From IMG/VR virus record IMGVR_UViG_3300028888_000049: DNA of 64,000 nt. One strand, written 5' to 3'. The position numbers and the translations under genes are program-made. Source of the DNA: a virus (lineage: Duplodnaviria; Caudoviricetes). Below the pieces are notes generated by a model, which saw only the letters and a program-made list of their open reading frames with translations, did not search any database and was not told the DNA's origin. Below, piece by piece: positions 39,120 through 49,216 of this stretch (positions are counted from its first letter, which is position 1; each line of letters begins with the position of its first letter).

Positions 39120-41633
39120 CTAAACTGCTGGACCTTGATAACCTAATACCAAAGTTCTAGCAAAATCACCATAAGCGTATACATCAGGATTAGAATCAGA
39201 AGTTCCCGCATTTCCACCACTTGCAACACTACCTAAAGCAGATATTAAAGATTTTATATCACCAGAACTAGAACCAGTATTAGAAGGTAATCCTCCAAAT
39301 CCACCAATCATAGAAGCTTCACTAGTACCGCCTGTAGCACTACCACCACTATATGTATCGCCTGGAGTTGTATTACTAGCAGTCTGAGCAGTCATTCCTT
39401 CAATATTACCTAATTGTTCAGATGTAGTAGCTTCAATAGAAGGTGTAGAAGAAGCCGTACTCATTGCAACCTTACCAATATCTGGAGTACCTAAATTCTT
39501 ATTACCAGGATCTACCATAGAATATTTACCAGTTCTAGCATCCATTTTGGCAATAGTTCCAAAATGATTTCCAGAACGATCATATTCAACATGTAACCAT
39601 TTTGTATTACCACTAGTTTCCATAATAGCTCTATCAAATGGAATATTATTTTGTTGCATAAAAGCTATTACTTCATTAGGATTCATACCAGAAACTTGAA
39701 TATCTGCAGCTCTACCAGTTAAATGTTTAGATCTAGAAACACCACCAACTTGCTGATTATATCTAGGATTTCTATATGAAGATGTAACTGTAACTTTATT
39801 ACCTTTTCCAGTTTTGTCTAAAGCGCTCTGTAATGGATCAATTAAATCACTTCTTACTGCTTGTACATTATCTAAAATGTATTCTGGAGTATTTGATAAA
39901 TCATTTCTTGTATAAAATGATCTATTTAAAGGTACATGACCGTTTGTAAGATTAGCTTTGATAGAAAAACTACTCGGAGCATCATTTTGAGCAACTGAAT
40001 CTTTTTCTAATGGAATATAATCACCAACATCTCTTGTATACGGAGTGTAATTCTGAGTATTTTGTTTTATTTGAGTATAATTCTGATTAAGACCAATAGC
40101 TTTTGTATCTATTCCTGAATCTTTTAATGTATTTATACTGTTATTATATAATTGTTGCTTTTCTTGGATTTCTTCTAATCTTTTTTGGTTGTCAAATCTA
40201 TTATTATCTAATCCTAATTTTTCAACAATCCATGGTCCTAACTTTGGCCATTCTGATAATAAATACGTCTTTAAACCTAATTTTATAGCATCTACAATAA
40301 AACCCATACCTTCTGTAATTATAGGAGTTATCTTTTGCATTGCTGATGTTATTACCGGTTTAGCTAATTCTACAGCTTTATCAACAAATGGTTTTATTTT
40401 ATCCCAATTCTTTGAAAGAAAATATCCAATAACACTTGTAGCGGCAACTAATCCAGCAATTTGTACAAAACTCTTTAACTTACTGAATAATTTAGTAATA
40501 AAACTATCTTCTTTATTTTTATCTTTATCTTCGTCACTTTTCTTTACTAATTTATTTAAACTTTCACGTATTGACTCTAATATACCTCTAGTTTTTCTAA
40601 TTTCTGTCTCTTCAATAGCAGATGCATTCTGTTTACTTTTCTTTTTATTACCAAATAACTTATTACCTAGCCAACCAAGTCCTTTACCAAGTAAACCACC
40701 ACCGAGTACTCCAGCTAAACCCCATAATGGACCACCGAAATAAGCACCAGTAGCTGCTCCAGCTAAAGCTCCTCCTAAAGGATTAGAAATAGCTCCAAGA
40801 GTTGAACCAACTAAACCAGCTCCAGTCTCACCAAGTCCCCAAAGTCCTTTAATACCAGCTATACTAGCTTTTGTAGCACTAATTCCAGCTTTAGTAATAC
40901 CTTTTGTTGCACCCCATAATCCAGTTAAAGCTTTATTAACACCTAATGCTTGTAAAAGTACAGGATTAATTACACCACCAGTTAATGCTGATAATACAGT
41001 ATTTGTTAAAACACCCTTTGTTGTTATCTGTGCTCCAACAGGACCCATCGCTGCATTTACAAGACTTGAACCAGCTCCATATAAATTATTAAAAGTAGAA
41101 AGTGTATTATTAACTACACCGTTAACACCACTTAATGTAGTTTTTATTCCAGATCTTGTTGTTTTTAAAGAACGTCCTAATAAAGTATTATTAAAAGCTT
41201 TTGTTAAAGCATCAACTTTAGATCCATATGATAATAATTGTTTAATTCTTTTTTTACGAAGTTCTGCTTCTTCACCAGCTCTCCGTAATTGATATCTTGC
41301 TAATTGTTTTTTAATTTCACTTGTATCTTTTAATAAACTATTTTGTTCAGCTAAATGTTCTTTTCTTAATTTAACAATTTCATTCTGTAGAGCTTTATTA
41401 GCATTTATTAATTCTTTATTTTCATTTGATAAGCGTTTTGTCTTCAAATCTTCGCGTTTTGAAGAATTATCTATTTTTTTACTATTAGTTTCTAGCTTTC
41501 TTAATATATTCTCATAACGTGCCGCTTCTACTTGTTCTGTATCCCAAGCTTTCTGCTCATTAGTTCTTCTTTTATATTCTCCACCAGGACGTTGAGAAGG
41601 AGGTACATTTATTTTGCCAGTATTTTGAGTCAT
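39120..41633 (-). CDS. tape-measure/hub protein with peptidase M15 domain
   Basis: coiled-coil N-terminus, Gly/Ala-rich hydrophobic middle, TSSYR...N..VGG...SKHLTGRAADI...WLHV. Confidence 0.75.
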   Translation of the reverse strand: MTQNTGKINVPPSQRPGGEYKRRTNEQKAWDTEQVEAARYENILRKLETNSKKIDNSSKREDLKTKRLSNENKELINANKALQNEIVKLRKEHLAEQNSLLKDTSEIKKQLARYQLRRAGEEAELRKKRIKQLLSYGSKVDALTKAFNNTLLGRSLKTTRSGIKTTLSGVNGVVNNTLSTFNNLYGAGSSLVNAAMGPVGAQITTKGVLTNTVLSALTGGVINPVLLQALGVNKALTGLWGATKGITKAGISATKASIAGIKGLWGLGETGAGLVGSTLGAISNPLGGALAGAATGAYFGGPLWGLAGVLGGGLLGKGLGWLGNKLFGNKKKSKQNASAIEETEIRKTRGILESIRESLNKLVKKSDEDKDKNKEDSFITKLFSKLKSFVQIAGLVAATSVIGYFLSKNWDKIKPFVDKAVELAKPVITSAMQKITPIITEGMGFIVDAIKLGLKTYLLSEWPKLGPWIVEKLGLDNNRFDNQKRLEEIQEKQQLYNNSINTLKDSGIDTKAIGLNQNYTQIKQNTQNYTPYTRDVGDYIPLEKDSVAQNDAPSSFSIKANLTNGHVPLNRSFYTRNDLSNTPEYILDNVQAVRSDLIDPLQSALDKTGKGNKVTVTSSYRNPRYNQQVGGVSRSKHLTGRAADIQVSGMNPNEVIAFMQQNNIPFDRAIMETSGNTKWLHVEYDRSGNHFGTIAKMDARTGKYSMVDPGNKNLGTPDIGKVAMSTASSTPSIEATTSEQLGNIEGMTAQTASNTTPGDTYSGGSATGGTSEASMIGGFGGLPSNTGSSSGDIKSLISALGSVASGGNAGTSDSNPDVYAYGDFARTLVLGYQGPAV

Positions 41634-41635
41634 CT

Positions 41636-41825
41636 TTAAATAAACTTATTCTGTTGTTCATCACGCTCTTTTTGAAGATCAATTAGATGTTGATTATGGC
41701 GATTATAAAACCATTCAAACTGATCAAATGGCATGTTGCATATATCCATAAAAGATACATGCAACCGATCCATTAACCACCATTCTCTTTCTAAGATGTC
41801 ATTTAAATCAAAATACGGAAAAAAA
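41636..41825 (-). CDS. tail-assembly chaperone extension frame (gp51/GT-like), probably reached by frameshift
   Basis: FFPYFDLNDILEREWWLMDRLHVSFMDICNMPFDQFEWFYNRHNQHLIDLQKERDEQQNKFI*; fills the gap before the tape measure gene; not in the ORF track. Confidence 0.7.
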
Positions 41826-42533
41826 GGCTTCTAGAGGTAGCGTGAATTCTCTAGTTTCCTCCTTTCCACATTTCGGACATCTTACTAATATCTCCTCTTT
41901 AACACCCCATACATTCTTTACAAACCACTCTTCAATAGTCATAATATCTTGTGGTGTGATTGTTCCATCTTCTGCTAATTTCCAAAGATCCATTAAATAT
42001 TTACCATCAGAAATTAAACATAAGTCTAACAATAATAATCTTGTATAAGGATCATCGTCTAAATGTAATTTTCTAATAATTTCATCAATCTCAAGATCAT
42101 CTCTCATAATTTTATTACGAATATGTACTTCACCAAGATTATCTAATGTAATTGTATCAGTACGTCCTTCAATATCAGTAGGTTCGAGAATATTTAAACT
42201 ACTCATATCTAATTCAACTTTAATTTTTTCACCACACTCTGAACAATCAAAATTTAATTTTAAAGGATAACGAGTATATGTTAAAAATCTAATACGATAA
42301 AGAATATACTGTACATCAAACCAATACAATTCTTCAAATGTCATCTCAGGATTAGAAAAAATAACTAATCTCTTAAGAAAATTAATATAATCTTTATTAT
42401 CCTTCTGCTGTTTATTAGCTAAAGAAATAATATACTTAACTTCTACAGGTGTAATCGCTCTTAAACTTACTGAAAACTCTTTTGTATATGCACTCTTTCC
42501 AGGTAAATCAATCGCTTGTGTATGTATTGGCAT
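41808..42533 (-). CDS. baseplate hub assembly chaperone (T4 gp26-like)
   Basis: LP...R.IT..E, D..YIL..IR, two CxxC pairs, terminal FF. Confidence 0.8.
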   Translation of the reverse strand: MPIHTQAIDLPGKSAYTKEFSVSLRAITPVEVKYIISLANKQQKDNKDYINFLKRLVIFSNPEMTFEELYWFDVQYILYRIRFLTYTRYPLKLNFDCSECGEKIKVELDMSSLNILEPTDIEGRTDTITLDNLGEVHIRNKIMRDDLEIDEIIRKLHLDDDPYTRLLLLDLCLISDGKYLMDLWKLAEDGTITPQDIMTIEEWFVKNVWGVKEEILVRCPKCGKEETREFTLPLEAFFSVF

Positions 42534-42551
42534 TAAAAAATCTCCTTTTAT

Positions 42552-43262
42552 TTAACTATATGTCTTTGTTACATTATAATCACTATTCGGTGAAATTGTA
42601 TTGGTCAAACTACTAATAGCATTATCAACAATACTAGAAGGAGCTGTAACCATCTCTTTAATAATAGAACTAGTTTTATAAGACTTATCTATAACTATTT
42701 TATCACACTTAAAAATCTGCAATATGCGTAATCTCTTAGGGTTATCATCATAACTCAATTTATAACTATCTTGAGTACTAGGCCAGCATCCTACAAGTGT
42801 ATAATGAGCAATTGGTGATAAAGCTACTCCGATATTGGCTGTTCCATAAAAGTAAACTTCGATATTCTTCTTATAATATGCCATTGTATTATAATATTCG
42901 CCTTCGTCATTAAAGACTAAACTCTTCCAAGTATCAAGATAATACTGTGTAAGCATACCAGAAGAACAAAACATTGTAATAGAGACATCCTGATAATTTT
43001 CTATATCACTAGGTACATTACACCAACCAGTACGAACACGTCTTGTATCTGACTTAAAGTTACGTACACCAAAAGTAATTTCTTCTACAATAGGAGTATA
43101 AGAACCACCAGAAAGATTATTAGCTAATCCTGCTAAAGAAGTCCAACTTGTTTCTTGATTCGACGTCAATTGAAGTGTAGGCATAATGACTTCCCATTGA
43201 TCCGTTGACTGCGAATCAGGAATCAAGTCGATTGCGAGTTGACTCTGAAATCTCAAACTCAT
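42552..43262 (-). CDS. tail-tube-fold protein (gp54/gp19-like)
   Basis: YLDTWKSLV...YKKNI...YTLVGCWPS. Confidence 0.65.
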   Translation of the reverse strand: MSLRFQSQLAIDLIPDSQSTDQWEVIMPTLQLTSNQETSWTSLAGLANNLSGGSYTPIVEEITFGVRNFKSDTRRVRTGWCNVPSDIENYQDVSITMFCSSGMLTQYYLDTWKSLVFNDEGEYYNTMAYYKKNIEVYFYGTANIGVALSPIAHYTLVGCWPSTQDSYKLSYDDNPKRLRILQIFKCDKIVIDKSYKTSSIIKEMVTAPSSIVDNAISSLTNTISPNSDYNVTKTYS

Positions 43263-44071
43263 TCTTCACCTCCATGCTTTTTAAGCATACCTTTAACAAA
43301 ACCCTCCGGTATAGGATCACCATCTTTCACTAAAATTGTTACTATTCCATTATTATATTTTTTCTTACCTAATGCTGTTTTTAATGAAGATTTATCTTTA
43401 ACAAATCTTCCTTTAACGAAGCCTTCTGGAATTGGATCACCACACTTAACACGAATATTAATTATACCATTATTATAATATTCTGTATGTTTTGTAGCAT
43501 TACTTCTTTGTAAATATGCTTCTTCACTAAGTAACATACCGTTAATAAATCCTTCTGGACAAGTCTTAGCTTTTATTTGTATTACTCCATTATTATACCA
43601 TTTATAATCTTTATTAGCTATAGAGATTTTCGATAAGCTTTCAGTATTAAATTTTCTTCCAATTAAAGATTTTCTGATCTTTTCTATACGACTTTTTTCT
43701 AATTTTTTACCAGATAAAGACTTAGATATTTTGCGTTTTGTTTCTTCTGTTAATTTACCTCTATAATTACCACCATTTTGAATATTATAGCCTTTATCAA
43801 CTTCATTAGAATGGTATATTTCTGTTATATAATATCTTTCTAATCTTTCAGCCTCTTCTTTTGTTTCAACTTCATTTAAAATATCATGTTGAACATTTTT
43901 CCATCCATATTTTTGTATTGCACGCCAAACTAGTGGTTGTCCTAATATATTATTTTTAATACGATAATATCCACTTCCGTCTTTTCTCCATCTTCTTTCT
44001 GGTTTTTGACAGGTAATACCAATATAGACTTTATTATTTGGAAAAGTATGTTTATAAACTGTATATACCAT
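43259..44071 (-). CDS. GIY-YIG homing endonuclease with NUMOD3 and YNNG repeats
   Basis: TVYKH...VYIGIT...RW; TEETKRKIS. Confidence 0.9.
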   Translation of the reverse strand: MVYTVYKHTFPNNKVYIGITCQKPERRWRKDGSGYYRIKNNILGQPLVWRAIQKYGWKNVQHDILNEVETKEEAERLERYYITEIYHSNEVDKGYNIQNGGNYRGKLTEETKRKISKSLSGKKLEKSRIEKIRKSLIGRKFNTESLSKISIANKDYKWYNNGVIQIKAKTCPEGFINGMLLSEEAYLQRSNATKHTEYYNNGIINIRVKCGDPIPEGFVKGRFVKDKSSLKTALGKKKYNNGIVTILVKDGDPIPEGFVKGMLKKHGGEE

Positions 44072-44082
44072 TTTTCTTCCTT

Positions 44083-44691
44083 TTAATTAGTAAATGACCA
44101 TAACGAATATGAATTATCTGCATAATAGTCATAATTAAATTCTACTTCGATTTCTACAGCTTCAGAACTAGAAGGATCAATATCTGGTAGTTTAAGTGAG
44201 ATAGGATAAACCCCTCTGAGCCATAAAATTTTTTTGTCAAGCTTAGTAGATACATTGCCTCCTTCGTCGCTTCCTCCTATCACAACTTTAACTGTTGTTA
44301 CAAATGCATTTTGTGGAGTACGATTCCCTAACAATGGAGCATTAATTATATCTAACCAAGCCTGTAATATATTATGAACAGAGCCATTAAAGTCTTCGGT
44401 AATCTTTAATTTCCATGTACCAGATCTATCTTGCCAAGTTGGTCTTGTTCTTTTATGTCCAAAAAGTATAAGTTCATGAGTCTTCATTTTAGAAGATGGC
44501 AATGAATATGATGTACAGCGTAGACGTAATTCTTTTGATGTAGCTAATGTAGTATTACCAGATATACGACCTGCTACTTTTTGAGTAAGTTTAGATAATA
44601 AGAGAGCTGGATTCTCTTGTAAATAAAATTCAATTTGACTTTTTTTGAGCGGATCTTTTAACGCTCTTATTTCATCTAAAATTCTAAGCAT
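44083..44691 (-). CDS. tail-tube-fold protein (gp19-like paralog)
   Basis: LKDPL, LRCTSYSLP, W...ED, LRGVYP, FNYDY; clearly paralogous to 8610..9161. Confidence 0.75.
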   Translation of the reverse strand: MLRILDEIRALKDPLKKSQIEFYLQENPALLLSKLTQKVAGRISGNTTLATSKELRLRCTSYSLPSSKMKTHELILFGHKRTRPTWQDRSGTWKLKITEDFNGSVHNILQAWLDIINAPLLGNRTPQNAFVTTVKVVIGGSDEGGNVSTKLDKKILWLRGVYPISLKLPDIDPSSSEAVEIEVEFNYDYYADNSYSLWSFTN

Positions 44692-44786
44692 ATAAATAAC
44701 TTTTTGTATAATGGAATATAAGTACTAGTTATTTATATAGAACTTATTTAAAGATATTGATTTTCTTAGGTGTGAATTGAGTGTTT

Positions 44787-46013
44787 TTATTTAATGTATT
44801 TGTGTAACGTATCCATTAAGTTTATACCATTTTTTATAGCTTCTGGTATAGTTTTATTATAATTCATTAAATTTATTTTATGATCGTATATATAATTGTT
44901 ATTTTCATGGACATTATCACCCATTGCACTTATAATTAAATCAGCCTTGATAAAATCTATAGGATCATCTAATTTTGGACTAGAATGTGTTGAAGTATCA
45001 GTGAGTCTCATAACACCTCTATTTATATAAACAGTTCTATTACGTGCATTTGGATCACCGACAATTTCTACAATAGAAGAAGTAGGTAATATTCTTACCT
45101 TTTTCCTATATAATTCTAATAGTGTATCTTCTGAAATTTTCATATCACAAATATGTCTTCTTACAATCATATAAACATTACAATCTGATTCTAATATTAC
45201 CTCTTTTGCAGCTAAAGCACAGTCTGCAGCTATCTCTCCTCCACCGACTATTAGTATATTATGCATAATAGATCTAATTGAAGTCTTTAAACGTTCTAAA
45301 TAATCTTTATTTAAAAACTGATCATATGTTAATATATTTTTATTTCCTACAACGTCTACCTTTTTAGGATTACTTTTCATTGTACTATTAATTACATAAT
45401 CTTCATTTGCAAAATCACTAAAATTTAACTTCTTTTCAGAATTAAGATATACTGCAACTCTATCTGTATCTAATATACGATAAACTTCTTTTCTAAAAAT
45501 ATCTAAATTAAATCTGAAATCTGGTATTAAATTCATTTTACCGCCTAGCTTATCAGAGCTTTCATATATATTAACTTTATATCCTAACATTAAAGCTCTC
45601 CAAGCAGCAGATAGTCCACAAACACCTCCGCCTATAATATTTATTGTTTCAGATCTTAATGGAATATTCTCATAACCATTATAACTAAATGTATTATCTT
45701 TTAAGATTTTAGCTTGTATAGCTCTTATATCAATACTACCACTACCGAGCATTTCTTTATTTTGTATGCAACTTCTCATACAAAAAGTTTTAGGGCATAA
45801 ATACCCACAGGTTTCAGCAAATGGATTAATACTATATAAATAATTAACAGCTTCTTCTATTTTACCGTCTTTATATAAAGCAATAAATCTTTTAGGCTCT
45901 AATCCTACAATACAATCTTCACTACAACGATCTACTTTACAATTAAAGCATCTATTAACTTCATTTTTTATATAGCTATCATTAATATCAATCATTTCTA
46001 ATTCCATATGCAA
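44787..46013 (-). CDS. GltD/PreT-like Fe-S flavoprotein oxidoreductase
   Basis: RCFNC...C...C, NPF..TCGYLCP...C...C, IIGGGVCGLSAA, IPDFR, IVGGGEIAADCA. Confidence 0.88.
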   Translation of the reverse strand: MHMELEMIDINDSYIKNEVNRCFNCKVDRCSEDCIVGLEPKRFIALYKDGKIEEAVNYLYSINPFAETCGYLCPKTFCMRSCIQNKEMLGSGSIDIRAIQAKILKDNTFSYNGYENIPLRSETINIIGGGVCGLSAAWRALMLGYKVNIYESSDKLGGKMNLIPDFRFNLDIFRKEVYRILDTDRVAVYLNSEKKLNFSDFANEDYVINSTMKSNPKKVDVVGNKNILTYDQFLNKDYLERLKTSIRSIMHNILIVGGGEIAADCALAAKEVILESDCNVYMIVRRHICDMKISEDTLLELYRKKVRILPTSSIVEIVGDPNARNRTVYINRGVMRLTDTSTHSSPKLDDPIDFIKADLIISAMGDNVHENNNYIYDHKINLMNYNKTIPEAIKNGINLMDTLHKYIK

Positions 46014-46404
46014 TATTTAACAGATCTTCATTTTTCCTAACAAATTTAAAAACATCATAAACTCTTTTTATTTTAACTAAGCGAGATTCTAATTCTTTCT
46101 TTATTTTACTTTTATTATAATATAGATAAACATTAGTATCATCAGTTATATTTAAACGCATTAATGCAAAACTAAATGAATATCTTTTAACATAATACTT
46201 TTTAATATCACAAATGAGTGTACTAATATAAATTGATTCATCATCTGATTCTTCTAATACAGTATTCTTATCTAAACCAAGTTTTTCTGATTTATCAAAT
46301 ACTCTATAACCGACGTCAGATGACTCTTGATGAAAATCTTTTTCAAACACTATAAATTTTTCACCAGTTTCTTTATGTGTTAATAATACATACCTATTGT
46401 TCAT
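45988..46404 (-). CDS. hypothetical protein
   Basis: 138 aa ORF in operon. Confidence 0.65.
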   Translation of the reverse strand: MNNRYVLLTHKETGEKFIVFEKDFHQESSDVGYRVFDKSEKLGLDKNTVLEESDDESIYISTLICDIKKYYVKRYSFSFALMRLNITDDTNVYLYYNKSKIKKELESRLVKIKRVYDVFKFVRKNEDLLNIAYGIRND

Positions 46405-46654
46405 ATCTCTTAATCTCTAATAACAGCTTACAAACTAAACAAATAGCATATAAAGAATATCCAATAAATAAAAGACCTAATATCCCAAATATTATACTAC
46501 CATAAATAAAATCTACTACTGTTAAAATAGATAACACGATCAACAAAATCATATTTAAACACAACTGAAATGTTAAATTAGATTTATATTCGCCAAAATC
46601 TCTTTTCATATATTTTATTCTCCTTTTATCAAATTTTATATATTCATAACACAT
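46394..46654 (-). CDS. small two-TM membrane protein
   Basis: two hydrophobic segments; likely start MKRDFG at 46609 after AAGGAG. Confidence 0.65.
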   Translation of the reverse strand: MCYEYIKFDKRRIKYMKRDFGEYKSNLTFQLCLNMILLIVLSILTVVDFIYGSIIFGILGLLFIGYSLYAICLVCKLLLEIKRYEQ

Positions 46655-46731
46655 CTTATCACGATTGTAAAGTCAAAAATAAGCAGTTCTAATATATAAA
46701 TAATCCCTATTAAAATAAAAAGAGTATATCT

Positions 46732-47697
46732 ATGCCTACAATAAACTTAAATATTCCAACAAATAGTCGTTTTCATTCAAGCCTTAATGAAGTTGATCTA
46801 GCAGTAAGAGAAGCACTTATACATTGTATGAGAACAGCCGATCCAAGAGATAAATCTGGAAAACAAGATAACATTACTAAAAATGAAAATGAATTTTTAT
46901 GGGATCATTCAAGAATATTCTTAACTGATGATTTAAGTACTAAAGAAATAATGGATACATTCCTCTTACGTAAAAAAATAAATAATGAAGAAAATACAGA
47001 CTTTTCATTCCCAGTACTCGCATTTAAAGAAGAATCAATAGAAACAGTATTCTGGGGAACAGGTAATAGATACGCTCAAAATTATATAGAAATACCATCA
47101 GAAACAAAAGACTTTGAAATAGGTGATGAAGTAATAATAAAAAGATACGGTCCATACTATGGTCAAACCGCTACAATACAAAACATAACAACATCCCTAA
47201 CAGAACAATTATATAACTTATCAATAAATGGTAAAATAATTCAAGAAAGACTACCTAACCTAAAATACAAAAATACAGACTTTCACCAACAAGACTTAAA
47301 ACTAGCAGGACCAAAACTAGCTAAAGTCTATAAAGCTAAAGGCATAAAATCTACATACGAATGCGCAATACTAGCAGATAATAAAGATGAACTGCAATAT
47401 ATTAGAGACAGATACTTGTTGAAAATAGCTGACTCTAAAATATGGTTCATCTATTATTCTCCAACTATCAAGTCTAATAACCAAATATATACAGTCTTCG
47501 AAATACCAAATATAGACAAATATCCATCTGGTGAAGATAGACTAAATGGAGAAGGATGGATTTACGGATCAGCTTTCAAAATTAACGTCTGGGCAGCTCT
47601 TACTGATGAACCTATTGATGCTAACTATATCGAGCAAATCAGACTTACTATCGAAGACGAAGCTAAGAGTTTCTATAATAGAAATATTATAAGCTAG
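46732..47697 (+). CDS. tail terminator/neck protein candidate (gp15-like) with KOW-like insert
   Basis: late promoter 46686; FSFPVLAF...Y..AIL pattern; FEIGDEVII...GPYYGQTATI. Confidence 0.45.
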   Translation: MPTINLNIPTNSRFHSSLNEVDLAVREALIHCMRTADPRDKSGKQDNITKNENEFLWDHSRIFLTDDLSTKEIMDTFLLRKKINNEENTDFSFPVLAFKEESIETVFWGTGNRYAQNYIEIPSETKDFEIGDEVIIKRYGPYYGQTATIQNITTSLTEQLYNLSINGKIIQERLPNLKYKNTDFHQQDLKLAGPKLAKVYKAKGIKSTYECAILADNKDELQYIRDRYLLKIADSKIWFIYYSPTIKSNNQIYTVFEIPNIDKYPSGEDRLNGEGWIYGSAFKINVWAALTDEPIDANYIEQIRLTIEDEAKSFYNRNIIS

Positions 47698-49141
47698 GTA
47701 AAGTTTCATACCACTTCATAAATTCGTCAATTGTAAAAAATTCCATCCAATTTAGATTATTCTTTTTGGCAGTTTCTCTTTTCAAAGGATCGCGAACCGT
47801 CCATGTATTAATAGCGGATATATACCAATTTTCATAATTTTCTAATAGAACACTTTTTTCTTTCCACTTTGAAACAAGTTGTTGATGTTCTAATAAATTC
47901 TCATTATATGGACCTAAAATATTTTTACCATCTTTTCCATGAACAGGATAACCTTGATATTCAATATATAAATCCAATTCATTAATGTAAAAATCACAAT
48001 AAAAAGGATAAACTTTAGATTTATATTGTCTTTCTACAGTATATCCTTTATTAATTAGCAATTCATACATTTTATCCTCTTCTATAGAACTAAATATACC
48101 ATTATGCTGTTTTTTACTTTCTAACATCTTTTTTATGACTTCAGGATTTTGAGCTGGACTCTTATAACTTGTTTTTTCTTCATATGTATTTTGTCTTTTT
48201 ATTTTAATATTAATAAGTTCTTCTGGTGTTTTATCTTGCCATGTTTGTTTTACACTTTGTACCCATTCTTTTGTCTGTGAATTATATGGAACACCGCTAC
48301 GTTCTATCATTGTTTGTTTAGATTTTTCTTTTATTTCTTCTATTTGAAAAGCATTTATAACACCGTGCTTATCTAACCATTCTTTATTTTTTTGCTTATA
48401 ATCATCAGAATTTAAATAATATTCTGTACCCCAATGTTCTTTATTAGTCTGCTTAATCTTTTTTTGAACTTCTGGTAAACCACCTGGATTTGTTACTCCA
48501 TATGTATTCATACAACTTTCTTTTCTTTTAGCTTCTCTTAATTCTATCGGTTTAATAATATTAAATTTTAATGCATATTTTTTAAACTCACCTATACTCA
48601 TATAAAAATGAGTAGCAGTTTCATACCTTGTATGATTTTGATTGATATAATATTCTATAACTTCTTCTTTTGTAGGCTTTTTAAATGTTTTTTCTAATTT
48701 ATATTTATCTACATATACTTCCAGTGTAGATTTATTCATATCTTTTAGAAATGCTATTACTCTTAATGGTATTTTATTATCTACATATAAAGTTCTTAAT
48801 TCTTCTTCACTTATATAAGTATTATACTTTAATTTTATATAATCTTTTATAAAACCATATTCTTTTAATTTTTTATATATTGTACTCTGATCATAATATA
48901 ACAAATGTGCTATTTCTAATATAGATTTATTTTGAATTACATATAATTGTTCTAAATTATCTTTATTTAAAGAAAGTATCTTTTTCTTAAGTTCAATAGG
49001 CTTTTTAAAACCATAATCTTTTAATAGCCTATCGATAACATCAAACTCAGTATTTGTAAATCTTGCTAATTCTTCTTGTGTAAAATTATATAATATGAAT
49101 AACTCATATATATTTTCTTTAGATAGTTCTTTAGAAAGCAT
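47687..49141 (-). CDS. homing-endonuclease-like protein (tandem HTH, YGV repeats, VSR/DUF559-like nuclease)
   Basis: repeated L..LY...N....IA HTH units; CDFY...YIEYQG..HG. Confidence 0.82.
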   Translation of the reverse strand: MLSKELSKENIYELFILYNFTQEELARFTNTEFDVIDRLLKDYGFKKPIELKKKILSLNKDNLEQLYVIQNKSILEIAHLLYYDQSTIYKKLKEYGFIKDYIKLKYNTYISEEELRTLYVDNKIPLRVIAFLKDMNKSTLEVYVDKYKLEKTFKKPTKEEVIEYYINQNHTRYETATHFYMSIGEFKKYALKFNIIKPIELREAKRKESCMNTYGVTNPGGLPEVQKKIKQTNKEHWGTEYYLNSDDYKQKNKEWLDKHGVINAFQIEEIKEKSKQTMIERSGVPYNSQTKEWVQSVKQTWQDKTPEELINIKIKRQNTYEEKTSYKSPAQNPEVIKKMLESKKQHNGIFSSIEEDKMYELLINKGYTVERQYKSKVYPFYCDFYINELDLYIEYQGYPVHGKDGKNILGPYNENLLEHQQLVSKWKEKSVLLENYENWYISAINTWTVRDPLKRETAKKNNLNWMEFFTIDEFMKWYETLPSL

Positions 49142-49216
49142 TTTATAATCTCCTTTTTAAGTACTCTATTTATTAGAACCCTATGGATTACAAAATACTT
49201 ACAAAAAATTAAAAAA

